Assembly: GCF_030028105.1 (NCBI RefSeq)
Contig: NC_092379.1
Coordinates: 52,623,821-52,687,820 of the forward strand
Origin: Mobula birostris
Taxonomy: Eukaryota
Length of the DNA: 64,000 bases
Direction: 5' to 3'
Shown here: one piece after another, positions 49,089 through 59,809 of the stretch
Layout of the letters: the number at the start of each line of letters is the position of its first letter
Numbering within the stretch: the stretch's first letter is position 1
Position numbers and translations under genes: made by a program
Notes under the pieces: model-generated
The model's input: the letters and a program-made list of their open reading frames with translations, nothing else
Database searches by the model: none
Told to the model about the DNA's origin: nothing

Positions 49089-49819
49089 GATAGACGGCAC
49101 TTTTCTGAGGCACCGCTCCTTAAAGATATCCTGGATACTACAGAGGCTAGTGCTCATGATGGAGCTGACTAATTCAATAACTCTCTGCAACTTACTTTGA
49201 TCCTGTGCAGTAGCCCCACACCACCCCATACCAGACACTGATACAGCCTGTCTGAATGCTCTCCACAGAATATCTGCAGAAATTTTCAAGTGTTTTAGGT
49301 GACAAATGAAATTTCCTGAAACTCCAAATGAACTATAGTTGCTGTCCTGCCTTTTATAATAGCTGCATCAATATATTAGGATGAGACTCGGTTAAAGACT
49401 CATTTGGATTTTGCTTTACAGGGAGATGATGTATTATGAGGGAACGGGATTCAGGTGCTGAGGGTTGTGTGACTACTTGTATCAAACATGGGACAGGGTG
49501 TAGGGCAGGCAGTGGGCAAACCTTATGAGTTTGTGGTGGTAGAAATATGGGAGAAATGTGGGAAAATAGAGGTAATTATTTTATAATCCCTGTGATAAAT
49601 TCATCTCTGTAGTGTTGGAAACTGTTGAAGTCATAGGACTCAGAGGCTGGTTTGGTGTGCTGATTTTACTGAACCCAGTACATTGTGGAGTAGCAGTACA
49701 ACCAATGCTAGTGTTGGAGCATTTTTTGAATAGTAACTCCTTGGTGTAATTTCACAAAGATCAATATCTGTTATTGATCTGATACTATTACTGGTATTGC
49801 AGAGTGGGATATTTATGAC

Positions 49820-49955
49820 GTCCTGACGAAGGGTCTCGGCCTGAAACGTCGACTGTACCTCTTCCTACAGATGCTGCCTGGCCTACTGCGTTCACCAGCA
49901 ACTTTGATGTGTGTTGCTTGAATTTGCAGCATCTGCAGAATTCGTGTTGTTTGTG
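49820..49955 (+). mobile_element. Penelope-type tail fragment beginning with a minimal hammerhead ribozyme motif
   Basis: gtc-CTGACGA-agggtctcggcct-GAAAC-GTC-gac; TSD-like tttatga (49812-49818, 49956-49962). Confidence 0.75.
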
Positions 49956-52900
49956 TTTATGAAAAGGGTTTGTTAGGGAGTGATCGTTACTGATAGGAGT
50001 GGAACTGTACAGAACAGTGAGCTCTTCTTTCCCTTTCGGAAGCTCAGGTGTGCAGAACTGCATACATGTGAGAAATTATGCGAGGAGAAGTTGCAGTATA
50101 GTCATTTAGAGGGGATATTGGTAATTATTTTGAGTGTTTTAGTAATGTCCTGTGGAAAAAAAAGTAGCTGCAGACACAATCCCTAAAGTAGCCGGTTATG
50201 GCAGGGGAAAGGTTGTGCCTTGGTAGACATCCTGTGCTCAGGCAGTGAAGAATTGAAAAAGGCCTTTGAGAAACTTTGGAAGTTTTATTCTATGGAATAT
50301 TTGGTTCTGTATAAAGGGGCACAAGCAGTGGTTAGGAAAACTGAAGTGTGCAAAATGAGAGTTGTGGAGGAAATACTGTAGCAGTATTGTTAGAGAGATC
50401 CCAATAGGTGAAGTGGGGGGTCTGATTCGGAAGATGGGAGGCGTGTGACAGAGCAGAGTCCTTCCAGTTTTATGTTCTGAAGCTTTTGTGAAAGTGCACA
50501 GTTCTGAGAAACCTAGTGAAGAGGCTAATCCAAATAGCAGGGCTTTTCTTGACAATAATCCTGGGATTACTGAGGATAGGCAACGTATTGATTCAGTGTT
50601 TGATGTGGAGCTTTCATTATCTGAACTCAAACAATTACTTTCTAGGATTAAACATGTGTCTCCAGGAAAAGATGGGCTTTGTTATTGAATGTTTTCCCAT
50701 ATGTCAGAGAGAAAGTTTCAAATGGTTGTAGATTTGTTCAATCAAAGTTGGACTGCTGGATGCCCTCCACCAGTTAGCAGTATTAATTCCAGACCTGAAA
50801 CCAGGCGAAGAACGGTCAGAGCCTGTTAGTTACAGGACAATTTCATTGACTTGTGTAAACTTATGGAGATGATGATGTCTAGAATATGATATTAGAAAAG
50901 CACGGGTTAAGGGTGAGGTTGTAGTGGTATCTTCCTTGATATTGAGAAGGCTTATGATGTGCTTTAGGAGGAGGGACTGTTGATAAATCTGTAAAACCCG
51001 AATGGGTGGAGAAATGTGTAATTGAGTTAAAGATTTGTTGTTTCAGAGGATCATACAGGTCAGTGTGTGCAAAGAGTATTGTAAGGTTTATTTATAGATA
51101 ATAGTCCTCCACGATGGAGTGTTTGTTGTCCTGTTTAATATGATGATAAATGATAATTTTTTATAAAGTTGATCCTAACATTTCCAAGTCCCTGTATGCT
51201 GATCACAGGGCTGTATGGAAAAGGGGCAGGAATATAAACATTATAATGAATAAGTTCAGGCTGCTGTACAGGAATTGGAGAAATGGGGTGAGCAGTGGGG
51301 GTTTAAGTTCACAGCGGCAAGAATTCAGGTTATTTGTTTTAGTAAACAGATCAATAGGCCCATTGTTGATCTTGGACTGCGTGGACAGACATTGGAACAA
51401 GTGTCAGTGATTAGTATGTGAATAAATGTGAAACTTACATGGAAGCACCTCGTCAATAAAATACCTGGGAGATAGAAACAGAGAAAATCTACAGCACAAT
51501 ACAGGCCCTTTGGCCCACAAAACAAAACATGTCCTTACCTTAGAAATTACCTAGGGTTACCCACAGCCCTCTATTTTTCTAAGCTCCATGTACCTGTCCA
51601 GGAGTCTCTTAAAAGACCCTATGGTATCCACCGATGTGAATTGATGTGAAATTTATATGGAAGCACCATGTCAATAAAATACTTGGGAGATGTAAGGCTG
51701 TCCTTAACATGCCTCGGTGTTTGGTGGGATATGATTGAAGAGGGGCTAAATGTGTATCTACGATTACTTTCTACTATTAATTGATTAGAACAGTTTCAGA
51801 TTATGGGTTTGGCACCCCCTCACTTTTGAAATCACTGGATGTTCTTCAAGCCCAGGCTCTATGTCTGTCTTGTCGTATCCCTCGGTCACCCGTCTCTGCT
51901 CCGCAGGTGGAAGTGGGTCAGATGCCATTGCATTTACAAAGATTACAGATAGCTGTGAATTATTGGGTACACCTCAGTGATCACAAGGATGCTCATCCAG
52001 CTGAGAATATATTGAAGGATTGTTGTGAACATCAGGATTGCAGGATTTGCAGTTTTGGGTGGGAAGGAAATGATCAGGCAGAGAACATGCTCTGTCCAAT
52101 ATGACCTGTGCTCCATTATTCCTCCCTGGTGATTTCCTCTACCTAGGGTAGATTTGATTCTTCAGGAGAGGCTGTCAGAACATTTACCTGGGGTAGATTT
52201 GACTCTTCAGGAGAGACTGTCAGAACGTGCCTGGAATGTATCTGAAGAGGGAGTGATGACTCTATATATACATCATCAATATTATGGAGTGGTTCTAGTG
52301 TTCACAGATGGCTTTGATGACCCGGTGTCTCATAACACCAGTGCAACAGTCTATGTCCCAAAATTTCAGATGTCAATTAGAAAAACGTTACCTAATAAAC
52401 TTTCAGCTTATGCTATTGAAATGGTGGCAATCCTTCTTGCATTGCCGTGGATAAGAGTACATACAGCCTAAATGGGTTATTATCTGTTCTGATTCCGTCT
52501 CTGTGTTGTGTAGTCTAAAGCTGGGTCTGTCCAATAGTTGTCCAGATGTTTTGTCGGAAGTTAGACAAACATTATTACATCTGCAGTATTTCGGAGTGTA
52601 TCTGCTTTCAGTGGATCCCAGCTCACGTGGGGGTGGAAGGAAGTGAGTAGTCAGCAGGCTGGCTAAACAGTCTGTGACAGTCTGTGTTGTTGACGTTGAT
52701 ATTCCTCTAACTAACGGCAGGCAAAGTTTTAATTAAGGACTATGTTCTCTCGATATGGCAGGGCCTGTGGGATACACAATTGTAGGGGAGATACTTGTAT
52801 GGAATTCAGAAAAAAGGTTCACAGTATTTCACTTTGGAGGTGAGGAGAGGAGGGCCAGTAGGGAGGAAGTTATAATTACTCAGCTTAGGCTTGGCCATAC

Positions 52901-53244
52901 TGGTTTAAATGCCACTTGGTAAACATAGTTCAGGTGATTGTAGACAGTGTCATCTTCCAGACACAGTACAGTCTCACGAATTATTGGAATGTCGGCCATA
53001 TGAGTGGGAGAGAAGTAGACTCGGGGAAGTAATATTGTTACTTTGGATAACTTGGTAGGGTGTGGCCAAGAAGAATGAGAGAAGCATAACCAAGTATTGA
53101 AATTCTTGACTCTTGCTGGGTTGTTTAATACAGTTTATAGCAACCGATTTGGGTGTTTATATATTCCTTTATTTAGTTAGTACACTCGACAACAAAGATT
53201 TTGCTTCTGAATACTTGTGGGTGTATCATGGATTTTCATGATCG

Positions 53245-53985
53245 TTACCCACCCCAACTCTCTGCTTTCCACAGGGATCGTTAACTCCGAGATTCCCTTG
53301 TCCATTCGTCCCTCCCCGCTAATCTCCCTCCTGACACAAATGCCTGCAAGCGACAGAAACGCTACACCTTCCCACTCACCTCCATTCAAGGCCCCAAACA
53401 GACCTTTCAGGAGAGGCAGGACTTCACCTGCAAATCTGTTGGGGTCATCTATTGTATCCAGAGGTCCCGATGCAGCCTCCTCTACATTGGTGAGACCTGG
53501 TGTAATCGGGAGGACCACTTTGAAAGCGGAATTTCCTAGTAGCTAACCATTTTAATTCCTATTCCCATTTCCACATGTCGCTCCACTTTTGCCATGATGT
53601 GGCCACTCTCAGAGTGGAGGAGCAACACCTCATATTCCTTCCAGGTAGCCTCCAACCTGATGAAATGAACATCCATTTCTCCTTCCGGTAATTTTGTTTC
53701 CCTTCTCCCTTCTATTCCCCACTCTGACCTTTCACCTTCTACAGCCCTTTACCTTTCTCAGCTACCTGGCTTCACCTTTCACCTTCTGGCTAGTCCTCCA
53801 TCCCCTCCCCCTATCTTTTTATTCTGGCACCTTCCCCCTTCTGTTCCAGTCCTGAAGAAAGATCTGGGTCTGAAACTTCGACTGTTCATTCATTTCCTTA
53901 GAAGCTGCCTGACCTGCTGAGTTCCTCCAGCAATTTGTGTGTGTTACTCTGGATTTCAAGCATCTGCAGAATCTCTTGTGTTTGT
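53245..53985 (+). mobile_element. Penelope-like element 3' fragment (GIY-YIG remnant and tail with hammerhead-like motif)
   Basis: FTCKSVGVIYCI..LLYIGET..EEQHLIF..LQPDEMNI; cagtc-CTGAAGA...GAAAC-ttc-gactg at 53847-53884. Confidence 0.85.
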
Positions 53986-54878
53986 AACAACTCAGTAGTG
54001 TGAGACACAGGGAAGCAGTGAAAATTACCCATAACGTTGGAAAGAGCAGGGAATACAGAGATTAACAGCCAGTGACACTCTTCCTCGGCTCAGAGGTTTG
54101 AGGGACAAGGAATAGCTGTGACATAACTCCAGTGAGCTCATTGTCTGTTTCAGTCTGCAGAAAGTCATGCAGCAAATTCAAGGGAAAACTCTTCACCCAC
54201 AGTGGTGACCAGCTGGAGCCTGTCACCACAGGGAGGAGCATGAGTTGAACCTGAGGGATGGGTTTACTAGGATTGGTGTGGAATAGAAACACTGGCAGGG
54301 ACCAGCTGGGCTGACTGGCCTCAGCACTATACATTGTGTTGCATAGACAGTGAGAACCTGTGACACAGGATTTTAAATACTGTAAAAATGTTTTAATGGT
54401 CAGAGATCAGCAACATTAAAGTCCAGTCTAGACAAAGACTAACGACAGTGGAAGGAACCCCAACAATGCCCAGAGACTAGGGTTCAGTCCTGAGTGTGAT
54501 AAGCAGCTACAATAACTGCAGAATCTGGCACAACAATCGGTCATGAACTTACAGCTGGACTCAGCAGCTGTGATGATGAAACATACAGCATGCAGCTTAT
54601 TTTTTTCTGCAGTGTGAATTCATTGATTAAATTTCTTTGCACACACAGGACAGGAGTATACAGTCTGCTTAGTGTGAACACCCTGGTGTCTCATCAGTTG
54701 GGATGAGATCGTGAATCCTCTCCCAAACACAGAGCAGGTAAATGGACTCTCCCAAGTGTGAATTTGCTGATATGTGAATTCTCTGGTGCATCAGCAGGTC
54801 GGTTGACTGAATGAATCCCTTCCCACACAGCAGGTGAATGGTCTTTAGACACTGTGAGCTCGCTGGTGCCTCAGAAGC

Positions 54879-55631
54879 TCACAGGACTGAAAGAATCCCT
54901 TCTCCCTCACATGGATCAGGTGAAAGGTTCTTCTTCATGTGAACTCCCTGGTGCCTCATCAGATGGGATGGATGAGTGAATCCCTTCCCACACTCGGAGC
55001 AGATGAACAGCCTCTCTCCAGTGTGAACTTGCTGGTGCCTCATCAGCTGGAAAGACTGAGTAAATTCCTTCCCACACTCGGAACAAGTGTATGTCCTCTC
55101 CAGGGTGTGAGCTTGCTGGTGTACTTGCAGGTCGGATGACTCAGTGAATCCCTTCCCACGCTGAAAGCAGGTGAAAGGCGTCTCCCTGGTGTGCACCCGC
55201 TGGTGTGCCTGCAAGTGGGACGACTGAATGAATCGCTTCCGACACACAGAGCAGGTAAAAGGTCTCTCCCCTGTGTGAACCCGCTGGTGTCTCAGTAGCA
55301 GAGAAGATGTAATGAATCCCTTCCCACATGTGGAGCAGGTGAATGGCCTCTCCCCGGTGTGAACCCGGTGGTGTATTCGAAGGTCAGAAGAATCAATGAA
55401 TCCCTTCCCGCACTGGGAGCAGGTGAATGGCCTCTCCGTGGTGTGAACTAGCTGGTGCCTTATGAGTTTCGATGACTGAGTGAATCCCTTTCCACACTCC
55501 GAGCAGGTGAATGATTTCTCCCTGCTTTGAAGCCTCTGGCATCTCATCAGATCAGATGACATAGTAGATCCCTCCCAAGCTTCAAGCAGTTGAGCGTCTG
55601 ATGTATGGTGAGGACGTGCTGGAGTGTTCAC
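54879..55631 (-). CDS. C2H2 zinc-finger protein U6 (6 intact fingers and 1 degenerate, then a frameshift; likely ATG at 55562)
   Basis: Finger array with further decayed fingers at 54600-54900. Acceptor at 55999, donor at 58142, NRF1 site retained. Confidence 0.75.
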   Translation of the reverse strand: MNTPARPHHTSDAQLLEAWEGSTMSSDLMRCQRLQSREKSFTCSECGKGFTQSSKLIRHQLVHTTERPFTCSQCGKGFIDSSDLRIHHRVHTGERPFTCSTCGKGFITSSLLLRHQRVHTGERPFTCSVCRKRFIQSSHLQAHQRVHTRETPFTCFQRGKGFTESSDLQVHQQAHTLERTYTCSECGKEFTQSFQLMRHQQVHTGERLFICSECGKGFTHPSHLMRHQGVHMKKNLSPDPCEGEGILSVL

Positions 55632-56269
55632 AAGGCCAATGGTTTCAATGAGATGTTGAAACAGAAAACTTCATTTTAGACAGAAAACAGATGCACATTT
55701 CCAGCTGGGAAGAGATGCATCTTTTCCAAGGACCGACAACTGATGGATTGATATCTGCTCACTCCTTCAATAAATTGAAGACAATTTACAAGATTTATCT
55801 CCAGAATGTTCATCCAAATCTCACCCCTATACTAAACATGCATTCCGGTTCTTGCTGTGACTGCTGTGTTCTCTTCTCAAGCACCTCATCCTCCTCCACA
55901 TTCAGAGATCAGAGGCATTCAAGTGCTGAGGAATTCATAGACACAGAACTGTGATGTGTTTGAGATTGCCGTACACAAATCCTTTTGCCTTTTCTACCCT
56001 GTAATAAGTTTATAAAAGACAGCAATGTGTGAAGGACAGCATGTCAGATGAAATCATTTCAGTCTTTAGAGTGAGCTCTGATCACACTATTACAGAGAAG
56101 TTCAACCCAAGTAAGAAGAACGTCATCTCATCTTTAACTGTGCATGGCTCAGGAATCCAGACTCGGCATTAACTCCTCTGTTTTTGTGTCGGTATCAGAA
56201 TGGGTGATTTCTGCCCAGTATTCTGACTGTGGCTTGGCTCAGTTTGCCTCTCTCCATTAGGAGGGAAGA

Positions 56270-56785
56270 TAGAACAGTATAGTACAGTATGGGCCCTTTG
56301 GCCCACAATGTTGTGCCGACTGCTAAACCTTCTCCAAGATTAATCTAACCCTTCCATTCCCCATAGCCCTCTATTTTCCTTTCACTTGTATGCCGAGCTA
56401 AGTTTATTAAATGTCTGTAATGTATCTGCTTCTACCCCCTCCCTGCCACCGCATTTATGTACTCATCACTCTGAGTAAATAAAACCTACTTCTGAAGCCC
56501 TCCCCCATACTTTATTCCAATCACCTTAAAATTATACCCTCTCGTATTAGCCATTGCCACCCGAGGGGAAAATGATTGTCCACTCTATCTAAGCTGCTTC
56601 TCATTTTACAGACCTCTGTCAAGCCATGCCTCATCCTCCTTTGCGCCAAGGAGAAAAGTTCCAACTCACTCAAACTTTTCTCATAAGACACAGTGTCTAA
56701 TCTAAACAGCATCCCGGTGAATTTTCTCTACACTTTCTCTGAAGCTTCCACGTTCATTACAGAATGAAGCGACCAAAACTGAATG
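56270..56785 (-). mobile_element. CR1 3' fragment
   Basis: SYEKSLSELELFSLAQRRMRHGLTEVCK followed by the tail gggccaaagggcccatactgtact. Confidence 0.8.
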
Positions 56786-56989
56786 TGCAGTAGATTTGTG
56801 GTGTGCTTGGTGTCACTTGTTATCCAGGACAGAGGTGTTTGATATCATTATTTATTCAGGAAGAATAGCAGAAAAAATGGCCTCAGTGCCAGAGGATCCA
56901 GAACCAGACGACACTGAACGAAGGCTATTTACTGAAGAACCAAATGTGAGTCAACGATTTTGTTCGGCGAGGGGGAAAGGACCCTGAAG

Positions 56990-58065
56990 GGTGTTATACA
57001 CAGGCCTCTGACCAGTAGCCAGGATGTGGGGTACAAATTACAATCAGAGATAGCAAAGGCATGTAAAAAGGGACAAGGTTAGGGGGATCTTGATGTCTGG
57101 GCAGCCCAGGATCTCCATATTTATCGCCCAGGTCTGCGCCACGGACGGGCGCATCCACTGTCTACCTGGACAGATGGAGCCATGATGATGATGGTCATGG
57201 GGGATTTCAATATGCAGATAGATTGGGAAAATCAGGTTGGTGCTGGATCCCCAGAAAAAGAATTTGTTGAATGTCCATGAGATGGCCTTTTGGAGCTGCT
57301 TGTGGTTGAGCCCACGAGGGTAAACAGAATTCTGGTTTGTATTTTGTGTAATGCAGGGGTCCCCAACCTTTACGCACCATGGACCGGTTTACTATTGACA
57401 ATATCCTTGTGGACCGGCCAACCGGGGGGCGGGGTGTTCAAGTTTAACAGTGTGTGACAGGGAATGAGGAAAGGTGCAGCTGACTCGTACTGTTTCATAT
57501 CGCCAAATCATATTGTTTCCTCTCGGCCCAGTAGCACATCTTTGCAGCCCGGTGGTTCGGGACCACTTGTGTAATGAACCAGATTTGATTACGGAGCTTA
57601 AGGTAAAGGAATCTTCAGGAGGCAGTGATCATAATATGATAGAATTCACCCTGCAGTTTCGGGGGAGAAGCTAAAGTCAGATGTATCCATATTACAGTGG
57701 AGTAAAGGGAAATACAAAGGCATCAGAGAGAAGTTGGCCAAAACTGATTGGAAGGAGACATTAGCAGCAATGACGGCAGAGCAGCAATGACTGAAGTTTC
57801 TGGGAACAATTTGGAAGCTGCAGGAAAGATGAAGGGAGGATGAAGCAAGCATGGCTGACAAGGGAAGTCAAAGCAAACATAAAAGCAAAGAGAGAGCATA
57901 TAATAGACCAAAACTTAGTGGGAATTTAAAGGAATGAGAAGCTTCTTAAAAACCAACAGAAGACAAATAAAATGGTAATAAGGAGAAAAAAGTTGAAACA
58001 TGAAGGCAAGCTAGCTAATTAATATTAAAGAGGATACCAAGAATTATTTCAGATATACAGAGAGC
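56990..58065 (+). mobile_element. CR1 APE-region fragment with nested inserts
   Basis: VMGDFN and GSDHNMIEF motifs. It hosts an (atg)n-tailed insert at about 57080-57192 and a hAT MITE. Confidence 0.8.
57354..57568. mobile_element. hAT/Charlie-like MITE, 215 bp
   Basis: Perfect 8-bp TSD gtgtaatg (57346-57353, 57569-57576); TIRs caggggtccccaacc / ggttcgggaccactt. Confidence 0.9.
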
Positions 58066-58069
58066 AATT

Positions 58070-58400
58070 TGCAGCAATTGTCCCTCAAATGAGGCGAGCA
58101 CCCCGACCATAATTGAACCCTCGCCCGGAACCCCGCTCCTACCTGCCGCTGACCTTCCCACAGCGTTTCATCCACTCAGCGCATGCGTGTTCTCCTGCGC
58201 AACCTACGGCTCTCGGCGCCTGCGCATTTGGATCGCGTAGCAAAGTTCAAAGTTTATTATCAAAGTACATATAATGTCACCATATACAGCCCTGAGATTC
58301 GTTTCGTATCACAGATGGCGGAAGCGCTGAAATGTTTGGGTGACCATAGTGCCATTGAAAGCGTCTGCAAGGACTGGCAGCGCTCTGCCAAAAGGTTCCA
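58070..58400 (-). promoter_or_regulatory. Promoter and exon 1 of U6, with a short retroposon tail inserted at about 58242-58305
   Basis: Donor at 58142/58143; gcgcatgcgt at 58179-58188; gcgcctgcgca at 58216-58226. Confidence 0.75.
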
Positions 58401-59039
58401 ATCCAGTCATTCGTTGCCACATCCTTCTTGTCCCGATTCCCTCCACCTCAGTGTTTCTGACCCTGCTCCATTGCACTTCAATCTGAGGGCTCCCCGCTCT
58501 CGTCTCCGACTTTAAAGACAGTGTTGTATAGTAATGACCCAGCTGTGTGAGAGGCAGCCCTTTGGAAGCAGTAAAAATGACCCAAGAAGTTGAATAAGGA
58601 ATTAAGCAACCCAAGATGTTCTTTCAAGTCGTTTATTGTGATTTAACTATACCATGTCTACAATGTATATAATCATATAATGTATATAGAAATGAGACAA
58701 CGTTTCTCCAAATCAGGCTGTAAAGCACAGCAGTACGTATAACACATGCAACATACAATAATTTATGAAGTTAAGGATAAAATCTACAGAAGAATTATGC
58801 ATGAATAATGAACTAAAGTGCATAAATTAAATACTGTAAGCTACGGAACAGATTAACCAGTGACACTTCAAATATGATGCGGCAGGGAGTCCAGAAGACT
58901 AATGGCATGAGGGAAGAAACTGTCTCCCATCCTGACCGTTCTCAATTTTATGCATCATCAGTGTCTCCTGCCTGATAGTAGAAAGTCAAAGAGGGTGCTG
59001 GATGGATGGGTGGGATCTTAGGGCCAAAGGTTTCTACGT

Positions 59040-59605
59040 CCTAAGGTTCGAGGGACGGGAAACATCTGTGACATAATTCAAGTGACCTCATCACCTCCTT
59101 CAGCAAGTCAGGGTAAACTTCAAATTGAGGTGCCCATTTGGAACCTATCACCATAGGGAGGAAAATGGGGTGAACAACAAGGATGGATTTAATAGAAACC
59201 GATGTTGTATTGTGTGACCAGCTGGGCTGAATGGCTTCTGTACTGTAGAATGTGTTGCATAGACAGTAAAAACCCATGACACAGAATTTAAAATAGAAAT
59301 GTTTTATTTGTCACAGATCTACAGTATTATAGTGCACTCTGGTTATAGACTAACAACAGTGGAACGAACCTCAACAATGTCCAGGGACCAGGACTCAGTT
59401 CTGAATGTGATGAGCAGCAGCAATAACAACAGAGTCTGATGCCAACAGTGCCTCATGAACTTGCAACTCAACTTGTGACGCTTAAATATCCAGCATGCAG
59501 CATTTGAACTGTGAACTCTGGTGTTTCACTAGATTGGGTGACGAAGTAAATCTCTGCACTCACGGGGCAGGTATGTGGTGTCTCCTTAGTGTTCACACTG
59601 GTGTT
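59040..59605 (-). pseudogene. 3' end of cassette U7 (poly(A) module and last decayed fingers), cut by LINEs
   Basis: Closely colinear with 54080-54690; AATAAA at 59303-59308; finger remnants at 59510-59605. Confidence 0.75.
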
Positions 59606-59809
59606 TAAAAAGTGATGTCTCAGGAAGGCACCAGCCATCATTGAGGACTCTCACCATCCAGGACAATTCCTTTTTTCATTATTATCATCAGAAAAGAGGT
59701 GGAGAAGACACCCAATGCTTTAGGAACAGCTTCTCCCCTCCACCATAACATTTCTGAATACTCCCCCACTACTTTCCTTTCTTTTTGCACAACTTATTGA
59801 TCTGCAGAA

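Larger units (their letters stand above)
44641..53170 (+). mobile_element. Decayed I/Nimb-clade LINE: two gag-like ORF1 modules and APE-RT-RNase H, with nested inserts
   Basis: CCHC knuckles at about 45305-45435 and 46535-46680. MVLTILQWNAKSL at 46981, DIEKAYD at about 50938, SLYAD at about 51188. RNase H motifs VFTDG..AYAIEMVAI and WIPAHVGVEG at about 52300-52670. Confidence 0.8.

Noticed and set aside
3961-55329. Recurrent alternative-frame ORFs (MWEGIHSVI..., MGRDSL...)
   Set aside because: These are shifted-frame shadows of the 84-bp finger repeat.
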